Positions 10,395-19,421 of a stretch of DNA of 64,000 nt are shown piece after piece. A program made the translations under genes and the position numbers. Origin of the DNA: Slackia sp. (GTDB lineage: Bacteria; Actinomycetota; Coriobacteriia; Coriobacteriales; Eggerthellaceae); assembly GCA_030525985.1 (NCBI GenBank), contig JAUNDR010000004.1, positions 3,327-67,326 on the forward strand, read 5' to 3'. The notes beneath the pieces are model-generated. The model had not been told where the DNA came from and did no database searches. It worked only from the letters and a program-made list of their open reading frames with translations. The stretch's first letter is position 1, and each line of letters opens with the position of its first letter.

Positions 10395-11732
10395 ATGCTT
10401 AGCGAACGACTGCTTACACGTGCGGTGCGCACCTGCTCATCGCGCTTCATGAATATCAAACCGTGTTCCGACGCGCGCATTCCCGGTCCCAATCCGGGCC
10501 AGCCTTATATGCTCTACATCCATATTCCGTTTTGCGAGCGCCTGTGCCCGTATTGCTCGTTCAATAGGTTCCCTTATTCCGAAGAGCGTGCGGTTCCGTA
10601 TTTCAAGAACCTGCGTCGCGAAATGATGATGGTCAAAGAGCTCGGCTACGATTTCGACTCGGTTTATATCGGCGGCGGTACGCCGACCATCATGCTCGAT
10701 GAGCTGTGCGAAACGATCGATCTGGCGAAAAGCGAATTCTCCATCAAGGAGGTTTCGTGCGAAACGAACCCGAATCACCTGATTCCCGCGTATCTGGAGA
10801 AGCTTCAGGGTCGCGTCGATCGCATGAGCGTCGGCGTGCAGAGTTTCGACGACGATCTGCTCAAGCAGATGGATCGTTACGATAAATACGGCAGCGGGCA
10901 GAGCATTCTCGAATCCATCAAAGTGGCGGCTCCGTATTTCAAGTCGCTCAATGTGGATATGATTTTCAACTTCCCCGCGCAGACCGAAGAGGTGCTGCGC
11001 CGCGATTTGGAAATGGTGCTCGAAAGCGGTACGAGCCAGACGACGTTTTATCCGTTGATGGCGTCTCCTTCGGTGGAGAAGTCGCTCGCCGCCACGGTGG
11101 GCAAGGTGGATTACAACCGCGAGCAGCGTTTCTACGAGATTATCTGCGAAACGCTTGCGGGCGGCGAGAATCCCCCGTTCGTACACGGTTCGGCATGGAC
11201 GTTCAACAAGGCCGTCGCTGCGCCTGACGGAGCGTTGCAGGGGGCGTCTCAGATGATCGACGAATACATCGTCGATTACGAGGAGTACCCCGCCATCGGT
11301 TCGGGCGGCATGACGTATCTGGGTGCGACGCAGTACGTGAACACGTTCAGCGTGCGCGAGTACAACGAGGCGGTCGAGAGCGGTCGCATGTCGCTCATGG
11401 GCAAGGCGACGTTCTCGAAGCGCAACCGCATGCGGTATCGCTTCATGATGCAGCTGTTCGGTCTGCGTCTCGATAAAAAGCAGTGGCAGCGCGATTTCGG
11501 CTGCAGCGTTGCGGCGGGTTTGCCTGTGGAATACGGCTTCATGAAAGCGTCGGGTGCGTTCGCTATCGATGATGCGGAGCAGATCACGCTGACGCCGAAG
11601 GGTCGTTATCTGATGGTGGTCATGATGCGCCAGTTCTTTATCGGCGTGAATAACCTGCGCGACCAGGCGCGCGCGGCATTGCCCGAGGACGAGCGCGACT
11701 TGCTCTTCGGCGCCGGCTGTGCGATGAAATAA
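10395..11732 (+). CDS. radical SAM protein, HemN/HemW (coproporphyrinogen III oxidase-like) family
   Basis: 445 aa; CxxxCxxC cluster motif IPFCERLCPYCSFN and GGGTPT motif. Confidence 0.8.
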   Translation: MLSERLLTRAVRTCSSRFMNIKPCSDARIPGPNPGQPYMLYIHIPFCERLCPYCSFNRFPYSEERAVPYFKNLRREMMMVKELGYDFDSVYIGGGTPTIMLDELCETIDLAKSEFSIKEVSCETNPNHLIPAYLEKLQGRVDRMSVGVQSFDDDLLKQMDRYDKYGSGQSILESIKVAAPYFKSLNVDMIFNFPAQTEEVLRRDLEMVLESGTSQTTFYPLMASPSVEKSLAATVGKVDYNREQRFYEIICETLAGGENPPFVHGSAWTFNKAVAAPDGALQGASQMIDEYIVDYEEYPAIGSGGMTYLGATQYVNTFSVREYNEAVESGRMSLMGKATFSKRNRMRYRFMMQLFGLRLDKKQWQRDFGCSVAAGLPVEYGFMKASGAFAIDDAEQITLTPKGRYLMVVMMRQFFIGVNNLRDQARAALPEDERDLLFGAGCAMK

Positions 11733-11764
11733 GCCGAGGGCTTTCAGCTTTCGTGCAGATATCG

Positions 11765-11794
11765 AAGCGGGAAGAGCTTTGCCTCTTCCCGCTT
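11765..11794. terminator. bidirectional terminator hairpin
   Basis: 12-bp perfect stem aagcgggaagag/ctcttcccgctt between convergent genes. Confidence 0.7.
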
Positions 11795-11860
11795 TGCGTT
11801 GCGACCCTCGTCGGTGACGATTGCCTTTCGACGCCAACGAGGGTCTTGTTGTCTTGCGCG

Positions 11861-12178
11861 CTATGGAAGCAGGAAGACGTTGCTTCCATAATTGCGGGTC
11901 TGATGGTGCATTCTCCCGAAGACGACTGTGTCGTCTTCTATTTTGTAAAGAATCACATGGTGCTTGACGAAGTGCTCCCTGTACTGCAGTTTTGCGAGAA
12001 GGGGTCTTTTCGATACGGCGTGCATCCAAGGATTTGCGGCAAGGGTTGACGCGGCGTACTCCACTTCGTCCATCAGGGAAGCGGCCGTTTGGGGTGATTT
12101 GAGGTCGTGGGCAATGTAGGCCACGATGCGGTCGTAATCTTGCTCAAAAGCGTTTGTGGTCATGACGCTATATATCAT
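11861..12178 (-). CDS. type II toxin, RelE/ParE family
   Basis: 105 aa; ...HVILYKIEDDTVVFGRMHHQTRNY pattern typical of ParE/RelE; overlaps the upstream antitoxin ORF by 11 nt; lower GC than surroundings. Confidence 0.8.
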   Translation of the reverse strand: MIYSVMTTNAFEQDYDRIVAYIAHDLKSPQTAASLMDEVEYAASTLAANPWMHAVSKRPLLAKLQYREHFVKHHVILYKIEDDTVVFGRMHHQTRNYGSNVFLLP

Positions 12179-12530
12179 ATTGAGCGCGCATTCTTTTCTG
12201 AACGTCCTCGAATGGCTTGAGGTTTCCTTCTGCTATATCTCTTTCAGATTCGCTGATAAGCGCTGCGTCGTAGCGCGCCCGCATCAGTTCCTGTCGGTAT
12301 TGGGCTATGAGCGCATCGCCCTCGATTCCCTTTTCGATGAGTTTTTTCAAGACCATGACGCTCACATCCTCGTCTTCGACAGGGAGCGGTTCGATAAGTA
12401 TGCCGCTGTCGGTCCATGTGCAAAGGGCATACTCTCCGAAATTCATTTCATGAAAAGCTTCCGCTGGTATGGTTATTTGTCGCTTGCTTGATATCTTCAG
12501 CGTTTTTGATTTTCGTGCCGCCTCTGTCAT
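12168..12530 (-). CDS. type II antitoxin, AbrB/MazE/SpoVT DNA-binding family
   Basis: KTLKISSKRQITIPAEAFHEMNF swapped-hairpin motif. ATG 12530 follows a GGAGGA RBS, while the ORF opens at 12581. Confidence 0.8.
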   Translation of the reverse strand: MTEAARKSKTLKISSKRQITIPAEAFHEMNFGEYALCTWTDSGILIEPLPVEDEDVSVMVLKKLIEKGIEGDALIAQYRQELMRARYDAALISESERDIAEGNLKPFEDVQKRMRAQYDI

Positions 12531-12540
12531 TTTATTTCCT

Positions 12541-12552
12541 CCAAGCGCTTGG
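12541..12552. promoter_or_regulatory. perfect 12-bp palindrome CCAAGCGCTTGG, candidate TA operator
   Basis: Abuts the antitoxin RBS. AbrB-type antitoxins usually autoregulate through palindromes at this position. Confidence 0.35.
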
Positions 12553-12757
12553 TTCTTGGTATTTGTTGAACATGGTATCACGAAAGCGTATGCGTATCGC
12601 CAATTCGTACTCGCAAGCTGTCAAAGTCGTTTTCCAGGTTGGCTTTCAGGAATTTCCCCCAATGACCTTTGCTTCGCATGTCTCCATGGAATGAAGCTGC
12701 AAAAACGGAGGGATTCGCGGCAAAGGGGATATTTTTTTCAAAAGCTGAAAAATCTTC

Positions 12758-12786
12758 TTGCAAAGATGGAAGTGCTTCGCTAATAT
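12758..12786 (+). promoter_or_regulatory. sigma-70-like promoter for tRNA-Phe
   Basis: TTGCAA, 17-nt spacer, TAATAT; ends 22 nt before the tRNA 5' end. Confidence 0.6.
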
Positions 12787-12808
12787 ACATACTTGCGTTT
12801 GCGCAACT

Positions 12809-12884
12809 GGTCAGGTAGCTCAGTTGGTAGAGCAGGGGATTGAAAATCCCCGTGCCGGGGGTTCAAGTCCCTCTCTGACCACCA
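12809..12884 (+). tRNA. tRNA-Phe (anticodon GAA), CCA encoded
   Basis: Manual cloverleaf: 7-bp acceptor ggtcagg/tctgacc, D arm gctc-agttggta-gagc, anticodon arm gggga-TTGAAAA-tcccc, T arm ggggg-ttcaagt-ccctc, discriminator A, then CCA. Confidence 0.93.
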
Positions 12885-12885
12885 T

Positions 12886-12920
12886 TTGAATTCGAAAGCC
12901 GCTCATCGAGCGGCTTTTTT
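12886..12920 (+). repeat. direct repeat copy 1 (contains the tRNA-Phe terminator hairpin aaagccgctc/gagcggcttt plus T-run)
   Basis: 35 nt ttgaattcgaaagccgctCatcgagcggctttttt, matching 14313-14347 at 34/35 positions. Confidence 0.9.
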
Positions 12921-13161
12921 TGTGTTTGCGATGGGTTCCATACGTCGGAGGCTACAGAGCTGCGGGGTAAAATTCACGAGGCGCGATCGATTGGCGGATT
13001 CGAATTGATGCGATGGTAGCTTACAAGAGCGCCGATGCGAGCTATCAGCATACTGCACGACTTTCTTAAGCATGCACGCGCACTGGCGTCTTCGAATCGT
13101 TCCGTTGTTCGTTCCTGCTATAAAATGTCGCTACGATATTACTGGCATTGGGGGTATCGTT

Positions 13162-14136
13162 TTGGCAAAGTCACTCAATTCCCTTATGAAGCATCTGCGC
13201 GAGAGCGGTGTCGCCATCAGCGGGTCCGCTCAAAAACGCCGCCTTAAGAATATCGGCTACTATCATGGATATAAGGGCTATCGCTTTGCAGGTAAGGCGG
13301 ACAATAGGCTCCCCCTCACGGATTTTTCTCAGATCGCTGCGCTCTATGACTTCGATACTCAGCTCAAAACGCTCCTTTATCCTCGTGTTATGCAAATCGA
13401 GACTGCCCTTAAGAACTATACGCTTGAGGCCGTTCTTGGCGATTCGGGGTCGGAGGCGTTCGAGGATATTCGACGTAGGAGCCTTACCGACTATAAGAAT
13501 CGCAAGGGGGCCTCATACAGAACGGCTTGGGAGAAACGTCAGAAACTCTGCAGGGAAATAGACGATCTCATTTACCGCAATCATAAAAGCAGGGATGTTA
13601 TCGGTCATTTTCGGGATGCCGATAAAGACATCCCCATCTGGGCTATTTTCGAGGTTATGACGCTCGGTAACTTCGGGTCTTTTTACGAGTGTCTCGATAA
13701 GCGCGTCCAGGCCTCTGTAGCGCGCGACCTCGGCATGCCGACCAACCTTGATTCGGGGCTGCGTCTCAAGGATATCATTTACGTGCTTAAAGACCTTCGT
13801 AATGCCATTGCTCACAATGGGGTTATTGTTGACGTTCGTTTTCGCTCTGGGTCCATCAATACCGGTGTTGCCCAGCTCGTCAAGCAAGAGACCGGTGTCG
13901 GAGGAATCGATTTTGCCGACATCACCGATTATGTCGTTCTCATCGTTTACCTGATGCATCAAATTGGTCTATCCAGGACTGAGTGCAAACAACTTATCTC
14001 TGGGTATGAGGCGATTCTCGAGCATTTCCGTGCTGAAGTGCCTTTTGGCATTTATTCTAGGGTCATCAAGACTGACGTTCGGGGTAAACTCGCTCGTATT
14101 CGGGATTTTGTAGGCGGCAAGTCCAGAGTGGTGTAA
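13162..14136 (+). CDS. Abi_2 (AbiD/AbiF-like) abortive-infection family protein
   Basis: N-terminal ...LMKHLRESGVAISGSAQKRRLKNIGYYHGYKGYRF and central LRNAIAHNG motif resemble Abi_2. TTG 13162 lies 8 nt after GGGGG. Alternative starts are ATG 13072 and ATG 13186. GC is lower than the flanks. Confidence 0.75.
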   Translation: MAKSLNSLMKHLRESGVAISGSAQKRRLKNIGYYHGYKGYRFAGKADNRLPLTDFSQIAALYDFDTQLKTLLYPRVMQIETALKNYTLEAVLGDSGSEAFEDIRRRSLTDYKNRKGASYRTAWEKRQKLCREIDDLIYRNHKSRDVIGHFRDADKDIPIWAIFEVMTLGNFGSFYECLDKRVQASVARDLGMPTNLDSGLRLKDIIYVLKDLRNAIAHNGVIVDVRFRSGSINTGVAQLVKQETGVGGIDFADITDYVVLIVYLMHQIGLSRTECKQLISGYEAILEHFRAEVPFGIYSRVIKTDVRGKLARIRDFVGGKSRVV

Positions 14137-14196
14137 ATTTTTGGTTCTCGTGATACACTGCGGTCAATTGCGGTGGAAGGCTTCGGTCTACACCTG

Positions 14197-14224
14197 GAAA
14201 AGCCCGATGCGTCGGGCTTTTCTT
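14197..14224 (+). terminator. rho-independent terminator of the Abi gene
   Basis: 11-bp stem gaaaagcccga/tcgggcttttc, loop tgcg, then TT. Confidence 0.75.
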
Positions 14225-14312
14225 ATGTATGAAACTATTCTGCAGCGCTTTTTCGGAAAATGCCTCCAGACGGATTATCCAGTCTTTTCGAAGTTACTTC
14301 GTGCTCTTGCTC

Positions 14313-14347
14313 TTGAATTCGAAAGCCGCTTATCGAGCGGCTTTTTT
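14313..14347 (+). repeat. direct repeat copy 2 (second copy of the tRNA terminator)
   Basis: ttgaattcgaaagccgctTatcgagcggctttttt, located 1427 bp downstream of copy 1. Confidence 0.9.
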
Positions 14348-14411
14348 CGTACGCGACGGCTTTTCGATGCCGTATATGCGTGATGGATTTTGGTTTGATT
14401 TCGTCAAAATA

Positions 14412-14441
14412 GAATACCGAGCGTATGTACGCTCGGTATTC
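14412..14441. terminator. bidirectional terminator hairpin
   Basis: 12-bp stem gaataccgagcg/cgctcggtattc, downstream of the minus-strand reductase gene. Confidence 0.65.
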
Positions 14442-14530
14442 ATCATGGGACGATCCGAATATCGACAAGGGAGGGGTCGTCTGTCGATATCTTCCGCCCG
14501 CGGAGGGAGGTATTTTGCAGGTCGGAAATG

Positions 14531-16135
14531 CTAAGACAGGCGCGCCAAGGCGTTTCGAGCGGCGATGCGGCCGAACGCTCCGCACTCGCCTACGTTGCCG
14601 CCGCCCTGATACAGGTGCCCCCAGATGGATCCGAATTCACCTGCGGAATACAGACCGGGGATGGCGTTGCCGTCGGGATCGCACACCTCGCCCTTTTCGT
14701 TGCGGATGGGGCCGCCGTCGGTGTTCAGCAGTGCGGGAACGCAAAGCATTGCATAGTACGGGGCTTGGGCTATAGGAGTCAGCGTATCGGCGGGTCGATA
14801 GAACGCGAGGTCCTCTCCTCGTTCGACGAATTCGTTCCATTGGCTCACTGTTTTCACGAGTTCATCGGCTGGCACTTCGATAAGTGCTGCCAGCTCCTCG
14901 ATAGAATCGGCGCGAACAGCCCATCCATCGGCAACCGGGTCTTCCGATTTGTCTTTCGGGCAAGCCCCCGCATCGAGTCCTGCCTGGTCGAAGACGAACC
15001 AGCCCTTTTCGGGAAGCGGCAGATGGGCCATGCCTCCGCCGAATTGCGTGATGCCGTGACGGTAGCCTACATTGCGCGTGATATCGGTGCCTGGAAGTGC
15101 GTATTTCTTAAAATTGCTGCAGCCATCGAAATCCTGATAGAACCTGCGGCCGTTCACGCCCACGGTGATTCCGTGCTGTTTCGTGGTGAAGGAATACAGC
15201 GTGGAAAGGAAGCGCGTGTTTTCGAGGTTTCTCAGCGAAAGCCAGTACGTGGCACCGCCGTGCATATGCCAAAATCCTGCGCCTGCTTTCTGGCATATGC
15301 GATGCCCGTCGCCGGTGTTTGCTTGTCCGGCATAGGGGTATCCTTTGACGCCGGTGTAATCCTGGAGCATTTTCTGGTCATTTTCAAAGCCGCCGGTGCA
15401 CATGATTACACCGCCTTTGGCCTTGTAGCGTTTTCCGTCAGCCACGACGCCGACAACCACGCCCTCGTTGTCGCGAACGAGCGCTTCGATGGGAGTGGAC
15501 ATCTTGTAGTCGATGACGTCGGAATTCTCTTCTACCAGATTCATCAGGAATTCGTGAATATGATGAGGATGGTCTCCTTCGGTTTTGAATAGGAGATAAC
15601 CTACCGTATGGCTGTCAGGGTATTCGGCGTATTCGTTCGTTTCTTCGGGTTCGGGGCGATAGATGTCGAGCCATTCCTCTTGAGCGCCAAGGCCTAGGAC
15701 CCATTCAAGATTATGCATGGTCTCTTCGACGTAGGCCTGGATGGTCTCCTGGGGCGTGCAGTCGCCTATGAGATGGTTGAGGTAATTGAGGGGTCCTTCT
15801 GATTCTTCGAAGTACATCTGCCATCCTGCGCAAAACGGGCTGTTTCCGTTGGGCTTGGCCTCCTTTTCCAAAAGAAGGCACGATGCTCCGTTTCCTTCCT
15901 TGGCGATGGTGACGGCGGCTGTCAGGCCTGCGATTCCTGCTCCCGCTACAATGATGTCGTATTCCCCGTCCCAGGATCCTTCTGCCGTGGCGTCGGCGGA
16001 TTTCTTGCCGCTTGGTGCGCAGCCGGTAATTCCTAATGCTGCTGCTCCTGCGAGCGTGATTCCCGCTCCCTTGAGAAAGGAACGGCGTGATGTTTGGAAT
16101 TCGGCACGATTCATGTCGATGTTTGCTTTCGTCAT
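14531..16135 (-). CDS. Tat-exported FAD-dependent oxidoreductase lipoprotein (fumarate-reductase flavoprotein family)
   Basis: 534 aa; twin-arginine signal SRRSFLKGAG; lipobox ITGC; dinucleotide fold YDIIVAGAGIAGLTAA; AGGAGGA RBS. Confidence 0.88.
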   Translation of the reverse strand: MTKANIDMNRAEFQTSRRSFLKGAGITLAGAAALGITGCAPSGKKSADATAEGSWDGEYDIIVAGAGIAGLTAAVTIAKEGNGASCLLLEKEAKPNGNSPFCAGWQMYFEESEGPLNYLNHLIGDCTPQETIQAYVEETMHNLEWVLGLGAQEEWLDIYRPEPEETNEYAEYPDSHTVGYLLFKTEGDHPHHIHEFLMNLVEENSDVIDYKMSTPIEALVRDNEGVVVGVVADGKRYKAKGGVIMCTGGFENDQKMLQDYTGVKGYPYAGQANTGDGHRICQKAGAGFWHMHGGATYWLSLRNLENTRFLSTLYSFTTKQHGITVGVNGRRFYQDFDGCSNFKKYALPGTDITRNVGYRHGITQFGGGMAHLPLPEKGWFVFDQAGLDAGACPKDKSEDPVADGWAVRADSIEELAALIEVPADELVKTVSQWNEFVERGEDLAFYRPADTLTPIAQAPYYAMLCVPALLNTDGGPIRNEKGEVCDPDGNAIPGLYSAGEFGSIWGHLYQGGGNVGECGAFGRIAARNALARLS

Positions 16136-16390
16136 GGCTCCTCCTGTGCGGTATTCTTTCGTTGCGGCTCGTTATTCCCCCTCGAGCTGCTCTGTTTTCG
16201 TAATACCGAATGAAGGCCGACTGCTCTTCTCCCGAAATGTCTTAATTTGTCGAAATAGGCGGTTTTCCTTATCCCCGAAGTGGATGATTTTCTTAAAAAG
16301 ACCTGGTTAAACGGCGTTTATGAACAAAGGCTCGTTAACGATTCGGCCAGTGCCGTATAATCCGTCGGAGAATGTGGTGAGGAGGAGAAT

Positions 16391-18028
16391 GTGGCGGATC
16401 GCATTCGCGCGCTTTGTGCCGGGCCTATGGGGCAGGAGGACGGGGTCCTTTCGTCTCTTTCGATGATTTCTCTCGTTGCCGTTATTCTCTGGGCCGATCT
16501 TCTTGGACATGGGCTTGGTTTCGAAACGTCGGCTACGGTTGTTCAAAGCTTGGGGAATTCTCGCTTGTTTTTTCTCGGGGGTTTCACGGTTGCGGCTCTG
16601 GCTTCCATTGCGCTTGCCCGCCATGCTGAAAAGATGACCGTCGCTTCGGGGCGGCTTGCTTTGGGTGTTTCCGTTGGCGGAACGCTGCTCTATTCGGTTT
16701 CCTACGAGCAGGCGCTTTTTCCTTCGGATGCCGTAGCGATCGCAGGATTGTTTTTGTGCGGTGCGGGGTATTATGTCACGACGCTTCTTGCGTATTGCGA
16801 ATTGGCCAAGGTAAAGCGCCTCTCCGTTGCCATAACGACCGTTGCCACAGCTCTTTTTCTCAAGACGATTCTTGGGTCGTGGTTGAGCGTTTCGGCGCCG
16901 GTTGCCGTGCAGGTTGCGTTATCGTGCGCCCTTCCCGTTGTGTCGTTTGCCTGTCTCGTGGGTATGGAGCGTCTCGGGTCTGCCAATCTCGACGACTATC
17001 GCTCGCGCAAACCATTGAGCAAGGCGGGTGTTTCCGATCTGCTTTTTCTTTTGGTTGCCGTTTCTCTTGTTCTTGCGGCGCTTCGCGGGACGAGTCATTT
17101 GGGATTATGGGGAGAAGGGTATAGCGGGTCTCCCGTTTCGACGATTGCGGGCTATGTCACCGTCGGTGCGGCTTTGTCGGCGTTCGCTTACTTCACGTTG
17201 GTGCGCAATAGCAACAACCATATGCTCGTGCGTTTCCAGCCGGCATTCTTGGTATTGGCGGCAGGGTTCGTTCTTTATGTGCTGCAGGACGGGTTTCTCG
17301 CATTCTCGGGCTCTTCTCCCCTTTTCGACTGGCTGTATCTCACTATCGAGCTGTTCGGCCATCTTCTCTCGGGAACGCTTATCATGACCGCCATTCGCGC
17401 GACGCGGATTGCCGCATGGACGTTTCAAGGCATCGGCGATGCTGCATTCGGCCTGGTGGCCATTCCGTGGGTCTTTTTGGCTCAAGACGTTTCGGTCGAT
17501 ATGCGCTCCATCATGGTCGTCGCCATTTTCTTCGTCATGGTTGCCGCCATCAGGCCTATGAGTACAAGGCCGTTTGAAATCGAGCATTCTCTTGATATAG
17601 GGTCGGCCCTCTCATGTCCGAATGTTGCTGAAGAAGGCGGTCCGGATGTCGTATCGTTCTCATCTTCTTATTCGAATGATGCCCTTGCAGTTCCTGAGGA
17701 ACCCCGCCTGGAAATCGGAACGGCGGAGGAGAGAGAATTCTCCGTATCGCCGGAAGAGTTCAGCGTTGAGCGTCGATTGTCCGAATATTATCGAGAGATA
17801 GCGCATGGCCACCGCCTATCGGCGCGTGAAACCGATGTGTTCATGCTGCTTGCCCAAGGCAGAAGCAGGCCGTACATCTGCGAAGCTCTGTATTTGTCGG
17901 ATGGAACCGTGAAGACGCATATTTCGCACATCTATAGGAAATTCGACGTGCATTCGCGCCAGGAGTTGCTTGATGCCATTCAGGGCGAAATTGCACGCAT
18001 GGACGAGCGGGGTGTCGGGCGGATGTAG
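16391..18028 (+). CDS. LuxR-family transcriptional regulator with a large N-terminal polytopic membrane domain
   Basis: 545 aa; about 10 hydrophobic segments; C-terminal LuxR HTH LSARETDVFMLLAQGRSRPYICEALYLSDGTVKTHISHIYRKF; GTG start after GAGGAGGAG. Confidence 0.88.
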   Translation: MADRIRALCAGPMGQEDGVLSSLSMISLVAVILWADLLGHGLGFETSATVVQSLGNSRLFFLGGFTVAALASIALARHAEKMTVASGRLALGVSVGGTLLYSVSYEQALFPSDAVAIAGLFLCGAGYYVTTLLAYCELAKVKRLSVAITTVATALFLKTILGSWLSVSAPVAVQVALSCALPVVSFACLVGMERLGSANLDDYRSRKPLSKAGVSDLLFLLVAVSLVLAALRGTSHLGLWGEGYSGSPVSTIAGYVTVGAALSAFAYFTLVRNSNNHMLVRFQPAFLVLAAGFVLYVLQDGFLAFSGSSPLFDWLYLTIELFGHLLSGTLIMTAIRATRIAAWTFQGIGDAAFGLVAIPWVFLAQDVSVDMRSIMVVAIFFVMVAAIRPMSTRPFEIEHSLDIGSALSCPNVAEEGGPDVVSFSSSYSNDALAVPEEPRLEIGTAEEREFSVSPEEFSVERRLSEYYREIAHGHRLSARETDVFMLLAQGRSRPYICEALYLSDGTVKTHISHIYRKFDVHSRQELLDAIQGEIARMDERGVGRM

Positions 18029-18110
18029 GGCCTTCGGGCCGTCGGGCTGCGCAGCCGAATGCGGGTTGAGGCTTCGTCCCGTTCGTCGCAGGGTGTTTCG
18101 CGCAAAATAT

Positions 18111-18141
18111 AAGGGTCGAACTCTTTCGACATTCGACCCTT
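18111..18141. terminator. bidirectional terminator hairpin
   Basis: 10-bp perfect stem aagggtcgaa/ttcgaccctt between convergent LuxR and TelA genes. Confidence 0.6.
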
Positions 18142-18190
18142 GATAAATCTCTCTGCGGGATGCTTGCGCCGTTTCGCGGGCAGCGGCGCG

Positions 18191-19360
18191 TTACATACGC
18201 GGAATCTCGAGCATCTTTTGTTTGAGCTCGGCTTCCATGCGGCGCATTTCCGCTTCGGCTTCGGCGCGTTTCTGGCGGCCTTCCTGCTGGATCTGCATGA
18301 CTTCGTCGAAGGTCTTGATGAGCGTTTCGTTCGTGTTCTTCAGCGTTTCGATATCGACGATGCCGCGCTCCGACTCGCGCGCCACCTCCACCGTGGAGGT
18401 ATGCAGCATCTCGGCATTCTTGCGCAGCAGTTCGTTCGTCATGGAGGTCACGGCGTTCTGGGCGCGCACCGCTTCGGCGGAATTCGCGATTCCCAGCGCC
18501 AGCACCATCTGACTCTTCCACAGAGGAATGGTGTTCACGATGGTGGTCTGGATTTTTTCCACCATGCTGACTTCGTTGTTCTGCACCAGGCGAATCTGCG
18601 GAGCGGTTTGCATGGCAATCGTGCGCGTAAGGTCCAGATCGGAAATCTTTTTCTCGAAGCGCGTGCACATGGCTTCGAGGTCTTGCGCCGCCTGGGCGTC
18701 TTCTGCGCGGCCGGTTGCATGCGCCTTGTCGATAAGCTCTTTCAGCTCCACTTCGCGCACGTGGGCGAGCTTCTTCTTGCCCGCCAGGATATACATGGTG
18801 AGCTCTTTGAAGTACGTCAGATTGAGATCGTACATCTTGTCGAGCATGGCGGCGTCTTTCATCAGTTTTACCTGATGGCCCTGCAGGGCTTTGACGATCT
18901 TGTCCACGTTGACTTCGGCTTTGTCGTACTTCGCGCGCATCGATTCGATTTTGTTGGCGCCCTTCTTGAAGAAGCCGAACAGCCCCTTTTCCTCGGTGGC
19001 ATCGAAGCTGCGCAGCTCCATGACCACGCCGCTGATCAAGTCTCCCACCTCGCCGAGGTCTTGCGTGCGCACGCTGGCAAGCGCCGATTCGCTGAAGTCG
19101 GCCATTTTCTTCTGCGCGCCCGCGCCGTATTGCAGCACGAGGCCCGAATCGCGCACGTCGATTTGCTGCGAGAAGCTTTCCACCATCTGCTTCTCTTCTG
19201 CGGTGAGCGTGCTGTCGTCGAGCTGCGGCGTCGCCTCTGCCGCAGCGGGCGTTACGGCGATGGGCTGTGCGGCGGCGGGTGCGGGCGCGTCGTCGAGAAC
19301 GGGGGTAAGCGTCAGAGAGGGCGCGGGCGTATCGGTGTTGGCGTTCAGAATGTCGGTCAT
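18191..19360 (-). CDS. toxic anion resistance protein, TelA/YaaN family
   Basis: 389 aa; all-helical with TelA-like pattern; AGGAGGA RBS; sits downstream of an XpaC-like gene, as in the Bacillus xpaC-yaaN pair. Confidence 0.8.
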   Translation of the reverse strand: MTDILNANTDTPAPSLTLTPVLDDAPAPAAAQPIAVTPAAAEATPQLDDSTLTAEEKQMVESFSQQIDVRDSGLVLQYGAGAQKKMADFSESALASVRTQDLGEVGDLISGVVMELRSFDATEEKGLFGFFKKGANKIESMRAKYDKAEVNVDKIVKALQGHQVKLMKDAAMLDKMYDLNLTYFKELTMYILAGKKKLAHVREVELKELIDKAHATGRAEDAQAAQDLEAMCTRFEKKISDLDLTRTIAMQTAPQIRLVQNNEVSMVEKIQTTIVNTIPLWKSQMVLALGIANSAEAVRAQNAVTSMTNELLRKNAEMLHTSTVEVARESERGIVDIETLKNTNETLIKTFDEVMQIQQEGRQKRAEAEAEMRRMEAELKQKMLEIPRM

Positions 19361-19421
19361 GGTTCCTCCTGGAATTGAGGTGAATCGCGCGGCGGCGGTG
19401 CGTATGGCGCTGTCGGATTGT

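Noticed and set aside
12578-12790. 70-aa minus-strand ORF between tRNA-Phe and the antitoxin gene.
   Set aside because: It has no RBS and no recognisable family. Its start overlaps the plus-strand tRNA promoter (TTGCAA-17-TAATAT). It is more likely promoter or leader DNA of the TA operon.
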